From positions 1 to 64,000 of the forward strand of contig JALMLS010000027.1 of NCBI GenBank assembly GCA_038496445.1: 64,000 nucleotides of DNA. Reading direction: 5' to 3'. Below the pieces are notes generated by a model that ran no database searches, had not been told where the DNA came from, and saw only the letters and a list, made by a program, of their open reading frames with translations. Positions 9,960-21,059 of the stretch are shown here, one piece after another. The stretch's first letter is position 1. Each line of letters starts with the position of its first letter. The DNA is from Trichosphaerium sp. ATCC 40318 (lineage: Eukaryota; Protista; Tubulinea). A program made the position numbers and the translations under genes.

Positions 9960-12206
9960 TTACAAAAGTAAAGCAATGCAAACAAGCATAGATGCAACGA
10001 AGTTGACATATAGTAGTGAAGAACTACCAGTTAAATCGGTGCCCATAGATGGCTCTTGTGTCACTGGACTTCCAGAGTCATTTGGTGTATTAGTTGTGTC
10101 TACTGGAGTACCAGCGTCATTTGGTGCATTTGTTGTGTCCACTGGAGTACCAGCTTCTGTAGGGGTATCACCCGATGGACTGGATGTTGGGGTGAATTCG
10201 TGGTACTAATAATTGCTTATTAGGAGTAAACAATAGGTTACTTGTTTTACCTCATAAGCTCCAATATCAGGGCCAGCTCCTTCTGGTCTCTTATAATTTC
10301 TTTTATCCTTATCTACACCAGCACGTGCATCGCCTTTATTGAGAATACGAGTAAGTTTATTATGATAGAAAGACATTTGCGTGCCTGCATCGATAAAGCT
10401 AGAAGTAGATTTAAGGGAAAAGTCATCTTTAGCAACATTTGTAAATCCATAATCCGATTCTACGGATGAAGAACAAATATTTCCAGCGTCAGTGCGGCGT
10501 CCGCCAGGTAAGCTCACACATGCCCATTGTACAGTAGAAGTATACTGAGTGTAAATCACAATATTGTTAAACGCCTAGTATCAATATAATTAACGAAGTG
10601 AACTAAGATCAAACTTACCTCGAAAGTATAAAGTGGCGATTCGCCATTGTCAGGATTATGTACTGAAATACCACGATCTCCACGTGATGATACTATCGTA
10701 TTATGATTAATCTTTACCCAAGTACCCGGGCTAGTTCTAGCCGTATCAATAGACATTGTAATGCCTCTACCACCTAAGCAAAGTCAAGAACAGCAACCTT
10801 TACGGCGAAGGAATAAAACTTAAGCTACAAACCTGTGTTGACAAATACGTTGTTATAAACATTAGTGTCTCCTTGACCATGATAAATTAGACCTGCGCCT
10901 GTCCCTTCTTTAACAAAATTATTGAATATAGAGCCTAGAACTCATTATTTAGCACTAGAGAGGTAAACCATTTGCACCTTTGAATCCTGGGTTTATAAAT
11001 ATTCCCGAGTTTTGATATAGTTCATCGTCTGTTCCATAGTTTTCTACAATGTTATCATATACCTGTGCATCTTCAATAGCACACCCGACCTGCATTCAGA
11101 GTGAGGATCAATATATATAATACAACGAGTACCTGAATGGCATCCCAACCCGTATTTATCACAGTGTTGTTATAGATCCGAAGCCCTTTTGTTGATTTCT
11201 GTTAGTAGCCTCATTACTTGTGTTCCATACCTGTAATATCATGAGGTTTACCACCTGTTGACGTAACAAACTCGTAATTAAAATACCCAACGTAAAATCC
11301 TTCAGTAGCAATATCGTGAATGTACATATCATGAAATATTGCGTTCTTCCTATGGTATTGCTTAGGCAAAAATAATTTCAAGCATCTAAATCTCACAATA
11401 CAAAATTTCTTCTCCAATACTCCGTATTTGTATCCGATGGGTCTGTTTTGCATGTCACAGCGGCGTGGCCATGGTTATCGAATATCTCAACCCTAGAAAC
11501 TTCCACATCGGAAGACCCTTTAAATTCGAAGTTAATTTGGATCAATATTGAAAACAAAAATCACGTGCCACGCTCTATGCCAAGTCCTTTCGAACAATCA
11601 TGTATTTTTATGCCGTATTTCTCCTTATCATCCCCATCGCCAATAATCTTCAGGTAAGACGTATCTCGAGTGATAACACCTTGGACACCAGTTAACCCAA
11701 ACAAATAATAAAAAGGGTAAGAACACGTGAGCAAAACAAAATTAATAAGTGTTTCTTGTTCACAATTACCATGAGACACTTTCATATCTCCATTCACAGC
11801 ACTAATATCAGCTACACCATCGCAGTTTGTAAGAACGTAAGGTTGTGCTACAAAGTGTGAGTCAATCAGTAAATTCATTTCCCAAATACTACGTCCAACG
11901 CTGTAAAATTACGTACATGCACTGCCAACAAAGTTGTCAATGAAAAATCCTGAGGCGTAAGTCTTTGCCCCAGAAAAACAAATAACACTTCCTTTTGGTA
12001 GGTTTAATACGTCGTTATCGGTTATAACGTATGTGGCGCTCGGATTAGACTACAAATACGTAAAAATCCATAAATAAGGCATTTAAAAATCATCGTACGG
12101 CTGGTTCAATCACGTGGTCGCACTCAGAGCATGCCCTATTAGCGTATGTAAGGTGTGCTACTGCGAGAAACAGCACAATTACGTTAAATATTGTGCAAGC
12201 GTTCAT
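9960..12206 (-). CDS. Secreted, probably GPI-anchored right-handed beta-helix (pectin-lyase-fold) surface protein
   Basis: Signal peptide MNACTIFNVIVLFLAVAHLTYA; beta-helix segments YIHDIATEGFYVG, IYNNTVINTGWDAIQVGC and VYNNVFVNT; DFSLKSTSSFIDAG...PDIGAYE; T/P-rich stalk; hydrophobic C-terminus. Confidence 0.75.
10062..10154. repeat. About 2.4 copies of a 39-bp coding tandem repeat (TPVDTTNAPNDAG stalk)
   Basis: Units start at 10062, 10101 and 10140, e.g. actggagtaccagcgtcatttggtgcatttgttgtgtc. Confidence 0.85.
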
Positions 12207-13902
12207 TATATTACACAAGACGCTTTTGGATGTATATTAGATGAAGTGCCGTATTTATAATCTTGTATTCTGTACTAAAAGGCTGACTTAAGTCTGTCGA
12301 ATTCACAAGACTCCTTTACTTTGGTTGATCAAATACTGAGAGATACTTGTCCTATTCCAACGGTCGAATTTCTCATAACTCTCCGTTACCAACCAAGTTC
12401 TCAGTTTTTTTTCAACAATTACGTGGCAACGTGAGTTAGTTTACTATGTTGGGTAGAAAGAAGGACAATCCAAACGTAGTACCTTTATGGTACTGTGCAT
12501 CCAACTTCTACCAAGAGCGTAGCAATTGAGATAGTTCCCCTTAGCGCCGACTAATACTTGCACACTTCTGGACATTTTAAGGGAGCGGTAGATGGTGTAC
12601 GGCTTCACGTGTTTTCACATTGATCCGGATTTGGCCTTCCGTGGGATATTCCTAAGTTTTCGTTTCATTATTTTATGGAGCCTCTCGTGGCCCTCAATAG
12701 GGTTTTGAATTAACAGCAAAGCAGCTATGCAATCTAGTTATTAACAACAGTACAGTTATTGAAAGAAAAAAAAACGGTTGGCAAACCGTTTTATGACTTG
12801 TTTAGGCAATGACACGCTAGAAAAACTAGGTGGAGCTAAGAAACTAGCTGAGCTTGAAAACTGATCAATTGGACGGTTTACATAATAGTGAAGGTCCTAA
12901 TTACGACGAAAGGCGTAAAATGTATCTTGTTATTTGAAAAAAAAACATGTTTCCATAAAGAGTTTTCTAACTCCACTAGATACGGTGATAACGTTCCAAA
13001 AACGCCTCCAATGCCTTCTTTTGTTTCGTGTATTTGTACAGCGCATTTTGACGTGTGTTTGGTGCGTTGTAGGGTCATTGACGGCCTGTTTTCATTGTGT
13101 GTTCTTGCTCTGGTTTGTGCCGCTTCAAGTGTACGTTATCGGCATTTGTGATCATTATCTGATACTCTAACAGGTTGTTGCGTTTGTGCTAGGCGAAAAT
13201 AAACGCACATTGGATGGAAAGTGCAGTAATTTTATTTGTTGGCAACTATGAAATATATTCTTTGTTTCGCGCAATGATTGACGGTGACAGTATCAACCAT
13301 TCCGTTGTATTCATCCCAAAACGTACGGCTGATTCTCCAACCTACCAAGATTCAAGCACAGCATGACAACTATTCTTTTTATATCGACATGCAGGTGTTT
13401 TGGCAGTTAACTCATCCTGATTGTTATCTTGGCTTACTCTCAAGCGTTGCTGTGTAACGCACTGCAAATTATTAGTTTTAAATCCTAAAATAGTTTTGAA
13501 CGTGATATATTTAGATTGAATAAATCGGTTGATTACACATGCTCGTTTACGTTTCTAGTCTGATGTTAAGATTCGCGTAATGTATTCACGATGTTTCTCG
13601 TGAGATTTCACATAAAACTTATTGATAGAGGCTTCTTGTCACGTTTCTGCTTTAAGAATGACCGTGATCAACCCTAAAAGCGGTAGTATAGACTATAAAC
13701 TATACCATACCATTAAATAGGTTGATAAAGCTCCAATACATAGTATTAGCACTCGCTAGCACTAGGTATCGCGAAAGAAGTGCTCGTGCAGCAAAGAGTT
13801 TATCGAGGAAACCAAATAAAAATTGTGGTTGTCACGTCATTCTTGTTCACTGACTTGAAAAAAAATCAAAATCAATAACAACCAACACAAACAACAAGCT
13901 AA

Positions 13903-14807
13903 ATGTCAAACAAACAAACATCAACCAACAACAAGACAAAGAAACTTGTCACTCAAAAGAAGAAACCATCAAAGGCACCAGTGTACGTTAATTTATCGTC
14001 AAGTGAAATCCAATGATTACTGACACTCTTCATGATAGTACAACGAAACCCACAGTTAACCCTGCAACTGTTGGAGGAGGTGTCGGAGGCACATTCATGA
14101 AGTCATTGCGTATGTTCTAAAGCCTGTGATGTACTCTAACAGTTTATGATAGCAAAACCTTGTGGTGTTGCTGGTTTGGGACCTTGTATCGGAATCATCA
14201 GCCCAAATCCAAATGGCACATGTTATTGTGCTCATATCAGCGACTCTTGCTCAATGAGAACATGGTGGACACCATACGATAAGATTCAAAAAGCAGTTCG
14301 TACAGCTTGGATTGAAGAAAAAATCAAATCTGGTTTAGGTATGTAATTGTTTGCTTTGTTACTTTTGTGATCGTGATGTATGACTCACCCTATGGTCTAG
14401 GAAATCAACCAATCAGTAAAAGAACATTTTACGTGATGACAGGAATGCCAAAAGCAAATGCAACATTTGCGGCTGTACTTGAGGTATTGAAGGGTGCTCG
14501 CAAAGTGATCAACAAAACAGGATGTAGAAGGTTTAAAAGTGGATTCTACTTGAATTCCAAGGGTGTTATTCGTCCACTTGTTGAACCTGATGCACTTTGG
14601 GCATGTGGTTGGGTTAAAGGAACAACACTATCACAACGTTATAAGAAGATGCCAAATAACAAGGTCAATGGAGATGGCGTATTTGACGTACCTGATATGA
14701 AAAAGTTTGATACAGTCGTTTCACAAGTTCGTAAAGTAAAGAAGGGTTTGGTCAGTAAAGATGACCCAGCACTCAAAAAATTCAGGCATGTATTGGCGAA
14801 GGTATGA
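13903..14807 (+). CDS. Protein with a CheD/CNF1-like Cys-His deamidase motif
   Basis: Four exons. GVAGLGPCIGIISPNPNGTCYCAHISDS resembles the CheD GLGSCV...AH catalytic signature; the N-terminus is Lys/Thr-rich. Confidence 0.55.
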
Positions 14808-14939
14808 TAACGTGCGAACTTTCGTATCATTGGATGATACGCCTTGTATATACTATAAATAAACAAACCCTTTATCATTACTTTTTTATTTTATTCAGCT
14901 GAGGTAAGTCACCGACAATATAGGGCTTAGAGTAGCAGT

Positions 14940-15330
14940 ATTGCTATATCATACATAGCAAAAGGCGTTGCTGTTACATCTAATGCGAATATTGCCTTAC
15001 TAACAAACGGACAAACTGAGTACACAGGCAGCTCTACTGAATGTGCTTTATTATCATATATCCAATCACTAGGATTCGACTACAAAGATATAAAATGAAG
15101 CTGTAGTTGTCGACAAAATCCCATTTATACAGTACGACATGATCATGATCTCTTTCTGTTCTTGTGACAACTTTGCTCAGTTCTTGTTTTTGTCTAGCAC
15201 GACAAAACAACAAACTGCCATTGTTTAGACAGTTAATGGATATCGATTGTACTGCATAGGAGCTCCAGACAACATCATTGTTTGGATTATTAATTAACAC
15301 AGAGAACAACCAGTTATTGAAGGTACACAA
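14940..15330 (+). pseudogene. Decayed fragment of a P-type IIB (PMCA-like) Ca2+-ATPase nucleotide-binding domain
   Basis: IAKGVAVTSNA...EYTGSSTECALLSYIQSLGFDYKDIK-stop, frameshifted VVDKIPF and LSVLV, then GYRLYCIGAPDNII (KGAP motif with K changed to I). No flanking ATPase exons. Confidence 0.75.
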
Positions 15331-16151
15331 TTTTATAGTGATTTATGGAGCGCTATTAATCTTCGATAATCAAGTCAACTTGCTTTGTTGACGCTAACTA
15401 TATTACAAGGCTTTTCTTTGGTTGCATCCAATTACACCATTCCTGTTACCAATATTGAGTTCAATTCAACTTGGTTCACGTATGTACAACAATTAATGAA
15501 CAGTTTTTTGTAACCTTTTTTATAGTTTCTCAATGCCGTTCCTAAGAACTCAACCAGCTAATTTTGTTGCGTCATTCACAACGTTGCCTCCAACACTAAC
15601 ACCCACAACATTAGCTCCAAGTGAAGCACCAAATTCTTTGTCCAACAAAATGAATTCTGTCAGTCATGTTTTTCGTTTCTTGTTTAGCGTCGTTAAGTCT
15701 CCATTTGTAAATGACACGCAATTAGTAATAAAACCAACAACTTACAAGCTTCGTATACAGGACAACAATAGCGGTAGTATTTACTCTCATATTGGTCGCT
15801 AAATACCTTAGAGTTTTGACTCAGTTACAAGCTTATTAATAAGTAGGAAACAAGTTACGGAATATAAAAGGTGCTGATAAATACTTGTAGGCTTCACCTT
15901 ACCATAATTGTGATTTGCCAGGGCGTATAACTTTCTGTGAAGAAAAACCCGAAAATGCAAAAGTAGTTTTGTAGCTTTTCACGAAAGTGGTTAATAATGT
16001 TGCTACTCGTAAGAAATAGGAGCTTACAAGGACAATTAATACTATGTTCCGAAAAGCAGCTAAAAAGTCCGCTTGCCAGAAAAATTCGGCAGAAAACAGT
16101 CTTTTTTGGTAAAATGCGACCGATTTTCATTTAACGTTCCACCTAACAACA

Positions 16152-16553
16152 ATGACTGACGCTAAAGCCAAGTCCCAATTACAACAAAATAAAGAAAATG
16201 CTATCGCATTCTACAAAATGGCGTATGAAGGAAACCCATCAAAGGCCGTTGAATTATACGTAGACAAAGTGTATATTCAGCATAACCCTCTCGTTGGTAA
16301 TGGTCCGGAGCCTTTTATTCAATACTTTGACCGTATGCAACGCGAATACCCTAAAAAGTCGATCGAATTCGTTAGATGCATTGGAGAGGGCGATTTAGTG
16401 GCCTTACATACGCACCAAACGTGGCCGGACAACGTAGAATATGTCACGATGGATTTTTTCCGTTTTGACGACAAAGGCAAAATCTGTGAGCACTGGGATT
16501 CTATGCAAGAAGTACCAAAAGTTAAATCAAAAAACGGAAACACAATGTGGTAA
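16152..16553 (+). CDS. Intronless SnoaL-like/NTF2-fold protein of bacterial type
   Basis: NKENAIAFY...YIQHNPLVGNGPEPFIQYF...EGDLVALH...MDFFRFDDKGKICEHWD; 133 aa in a single exon. Confidence 0.9.
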   Translation: MTDAKAKSQLQQNKENAIAFYKMAYEGNPSKAVELYVDKVYIQHNPLVGNGPEPFIQYFDRMQREYPKKSIEFVRCIGEGDLVALHTHQTWPDNVEYVTMDFFRFDDKGKICEHWDSMQEVPKVKSKNGNTMW

Positions 16554-16812
16554 AGAAACTGTAGCCAAAAAACTCAATAAACATCCTTCAACAAAAAAGA
16601 GACCACGTTTTTTTTTTGTTCTTGTTAGATTCTTGGTCTTATTGATATTCGTATCAGTTTTATAAGCACCAATATAGGCGCTCTAGCAGTCTACTTGTTA
16701 ATGACCGCAATTGTTCTTTTTAATGCTTACGCTGCTAATGGAATGCAATTCTTTAAAAAAAATTCTTCGGCCATTTTAGAGTCCAGTACAGTTAATTATA
16801 CACTCGCCTACT

Positions 16813-19800
16813 TTATTCTAGTACACTATGAACAGATTTCGCAGGTTCTATTGTTTGTAATACAACAACAGCATTACTCACCACTTTAGGTGTCATGAGC
16901 AATCTTTCCATCTTTGCCGCTATTGAAGAAAAAAATCAGTTCCATTATTTGCTTTTCATTGTAGTAAAAGGAACTTACATTTTTGGATCGGTTCTACAAT
17001 CGGCATATCTTCCATTAAGTCAGTAGCATCAGGTGCTACATATAACTTAAGCTCAGGCCTAATTTTAATTGTTGTTAATACATTAATTCAAAATGAAGGG
17101 CACGTGCTTATATTTCGTTATCAATAAAGCTAGAGCATTATTATCTCCTTGCTCCCACCAATAAGGGATAGGTATTAATGTGATACCTAAATTGCACAGT
17201 TAACACAATCTTATGTTGGCCTCAAAGGAGTTTTGTTTGGTTTCATAATCCTTACCATTTTCGTAGCACAATGCTGCTTTTTCTGAGTCACGGCTTTCTT
17301 GCATACTTACAGGTCCAAAAGCGAACATGTTATCAATATAATGATGCTCTCCTTGATATTCAAAAGCAATATTAAGCCCAGGAATGAAAGCATCAAACGT
17401 AATATGAGCTTTACTAGAAGATCCTCTCAAATATGCAACGTATTCTTCTATAACAGTGGCTTTTGGTAAAATCTCTTTAATAGAGGATAAAACAGACCTA
17501 CAGCAATGATTAAACACCTTCAATAATTCGAAAGAACGAGCCCTTGACAACATATCAAGAGGCTTTGTTTTTCTCATAAAATCCAACTTACCACTGCGCT
17601 GCTCGCTTCTTTCGGAGTGTAAATTCATTGTAATCCCAATCTACATCTGGGTATATCTTTCCAAGAATATGTGGCCATACAGGCATTAATCCACCTCCAC
17701 CAGCTTTAAAAATTTGGCCGCATGATATACGATACCAATCAGTTGGTTTTGATATCTGTAATAGCCCAGAAATTGATTCAAGAAAAAATTTAACATTTTG
17801 CCTTTTCTTCCACCATCCTTGAGGAACGCTACCTGTCAAAGAACAACGTGTTAGCAATATATACTAAACTATTTCCATACCAAATTTCCAAGGAAGAAAG
17901 GTATACTGAGGATAAATTCTGACTAAAAGTCGCACCAAGGAACCATTAAAATGCCTGATGAAATGTCAGTTGGCTGGTGACTAAAACTCGTTTACCCTTT
18001 CAATAGACTTACACCACCAGCTTCCTCTACATCTTGTACTGTCATACAATACCAGTTATCAAAAGTCATCACTCTATTTACAATAGCTACCTAAATACAA
18101 GTGAGCATGTGGTACGAAATGTTGTACGTACTTTTGTCAAAAACCTTTTTTGATATTTTACATTCCCCCAAGAGTTCCGTGGCAACATGCCTTTTAAAAT
18201 AAATTTACATAATTCAAATAGGTTTATAATAATACTTACCGAAGCGTAGGGGGTCCCACCAGCGATCAGGATACACTCTCTCCAAGAAGGTAGGTAGAGA
18301 TGTATAGAGTCTTAACAAAAACAAGTTAAGTTGTGTTTAATTGTAGATCGTCATCTCACGTTTTAAGACCCTTCCCTCCCAATCCAGTTACCTGAGTGTA
18401 AGTAACACGATACCAGCCATCCAATGTTTCGATATCAAAGTGCTCCTCTACCTGAGCAAAGCGTAAGCTAAAGCATGAAGTCTTTATGATATTTTGGGTA
18501 AATGTTCTTTACGTCTCTTGTGTAGCGTTTGAGGTTTTCATCTTTCTCCCAAAAATTATCTGGTAGCCTCGCTGAAAACAAAACACGTCATCCATTAACA
18601 GCTACAGAATAAATGCTTACCAAATTTCCATGGAATCCACGTGTAATTTGGGTACATAGCACTCAAATAATTTTTCAAGTCATAATCATACAAGCTAATA
18701 AACAGGTGAATATGAAGATGACTGAAATGGAACAATATAAAAAATTGTACTGTAGTAAACCCTTGCCACCGTATTTTTCGAATTCGGATGTCCTAACATT
18801 ATACCATTCTTCTTGCTTTCGGATATTAAGCTCAGCCTCCATCTAACAAAGGTTCAACAAAAAAAAAATACTTTTTGTATATTTAGTACATTTTTAAGGA
18901 AAGCCTGCTGTTGTTTTAATGTTTGCCAATATGCCTTGAAGTTACTTGAAAACTGCCAATTAGTCCATGATTGTTCTGGATAAAACATTCGTAGAACAGC
19001 AACCATTGATCCATAAAGTCTACATTACATTAAATATCAAAACCAAAAAAAATTACCTTATAAGTCCAGCTCCTCCTTGTGCGCTGAATTCTTTGGTTGA
19101 AACGTCAAACCAATCACCAACAGATTCTATTTTCATATCTTTTTCAATCTAATCACAGAGTAAGAACATCATACATAGCGTGCCGTGGTACCCAACGCAT
19201 AAACTCAAGTATTAAATCAGGAGTCCACATTTCATCTGTTTGCTTATCTGCTTAAAGTCAACAGACGAACACAAGAATATCATAACACGCACCAAATTTC
19301 CAGGGTACCCAAGTGACTTCAGGGTAGTAATCTTGAAGAAGCTTGATAATAGAATTGTCATATTTTCTATTCTAACAGTTAATACCAAAAAAAATATCAA
19401 TAAAATAACTTTGAACGCACTCTATGAGGTGCCCACCACCCAGGGTAACGAGATGAGTTGCATTAACATCATACCACTCAACCATATTTTTTATACTCAT
19501 TTTGGATTTGACCTGTAAGTTTAGCCTGAGAAAAGCGCCCAACTGAATTGTTTTTCACATACATATTTCAAGAATTTTTTAACAATAACAGGATTATCAA
19601 AGATTTTAGGATTAACATCTCTAAACTTCCATAGCAGCCAAGTATGCTCTGGATAAAAATCCCGCAACATCTTGCTTACGGTGTAACCATGTGTACTATC
19701 CCAAAATGAGTAATTGACAGCGGAAAGATACAAGCAAAAAAAAAGAAAAGTATCTACTCTAAAAAGTTTAATCCACCAATGGATATTATCTGCTTTATTG

Positions 19801-20822
19801 ATACGCGATACCAATCATCAACTTCTTTAATACCAAAAAAAGCTTCTGCCTGGAACATTGGTATGATTAGGCTTAAAAAAGATAACCAATAAATCGTGTA
19901 CCTTGAGCAAGAAGTCTGTACGTTTATCTTTAGAGTAAGAAAAAGTAGAAGGATTATATGCTTTACTTCCTCGCTTAAACTCTAGTCTTGTTCGCTCAGA
20001 CATAAAGCGCCATGTAGCCCAATTATGAGAAGGGTAGATTGCTTGTACCATTTGAGCTATAGACCCGAAATGACTGAAAGACAAAGGTGCTGTCAGTCAA
20101 AGCAATAGCCAAGGAAAAAAAAGGAAATTTAGAGTACTTTAAAAATCCTCCACCTCCGAGCGCATGAATGTAACGGTCACTTATGCTATACCACCCCTCT
20201 AGGTTCTTCATATTTTGCTTTTTTTCAATCTACACATGTAATTACAACAAAGGTAGCAATATCAAGTGTACATAATTAACAAAGCTTATCTGACTATCTC
20301 GTGATGACCACGTGGTTTTAGGAGGCGTAGCTTTAAAAAAAGTAGTGAGTAAACAAAACACCTTAAACGGACGATACGAAAGTCCAAAATCATGTGATAC
20401 ATACCAAAACGCCAAAGCATCCAAGATACCTCTGGGTACCATTTCTTTAACATTACATGAAGACCTCCATAATGCCTAGAAGTCTGTAAGACAACATGAA
20501 CAACGTGCAATACAAAAAATGAGCGTACACTAGCAATCCAGTACCACCAGCCTTCTTGATGTTATCAGATTTTATACTATACCAATCCTCAGGACGGGTA
20601 ATGTCGAGGGTGTTTTCAAGCTTTTTTGTCAGTGAAATTACGTAAAAAGTATTGCTGTACCTTTCTAAGGAACTGTTTTCTGTGTGAAACGCTCTTCCAG
20701 CTTTGTCGCTTTGGTTTGACCGTTGGAATTTGTATATTTCGCGTTGTATGCTTCTTAAGTGTTAATTGGCGCGTGTGGTGAGTTTTGAGCGAAGTTCTGT
20801 AACAAACTGAACACATTCGCAT
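16813..20822 (-). CDS. Nine ~70-aa Trp-rich tandem repeats plus C-terminal PD-(D/E)xK/RAP-like nuclease domain; possible mitochondrial presequence; more than 20 introns
   Basis: Repeat consensus W...F...IE..L.I...(D/E/G)WY.V....I...GG.GLL..Y......L...YP...W..WKF...P. C-terminus TFDAFIPGLNIAFEYQGEHHY...RDSEKAALCYENGITLIPIPYWW. The N-terminus is R/K/T/S-rich with no acidic residues. Exact 3' end uncertain. Confidence 0.85.
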
Positions 20823-21059
20823 AAAACACCATTTCTTGGCTTGCCCAATCTACCGTGTACGCGATACGCTATATTCTATGAGCTTTTCGCAAATGTCACA
20901 TATTAACAATCAACACTTTTATTTAACGTACTGAATAATAACCTTAGTGGATCTCACAAGCGATTTTGCACGCCACAGACAACGTGCCTTAAACAAGCCA
21001 TCAAGTTTGCCGCGCTCTTTAAGTTGCGTAATTTTGTTGGTGGGAGAAGCCTGGTACAG

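Noticed and set aside
10062-10154. 39-bp repeats considered as a CRISPR-like array
   Set aside because: Head-to-tail in-frame coding repeats without spacers, and no cas genes.
12770-12791. Inverted repeat aaaacggtt...aaccgtttt resembling a terminator
   Set aside because: Eukaryotic context, short and largely A/T; expected by chance.
12878-13170. Three overlapping short ORFs in the long intergenic region
   Set aside because: No recognisable domain, no consistent splice signals and non-ATG starts.
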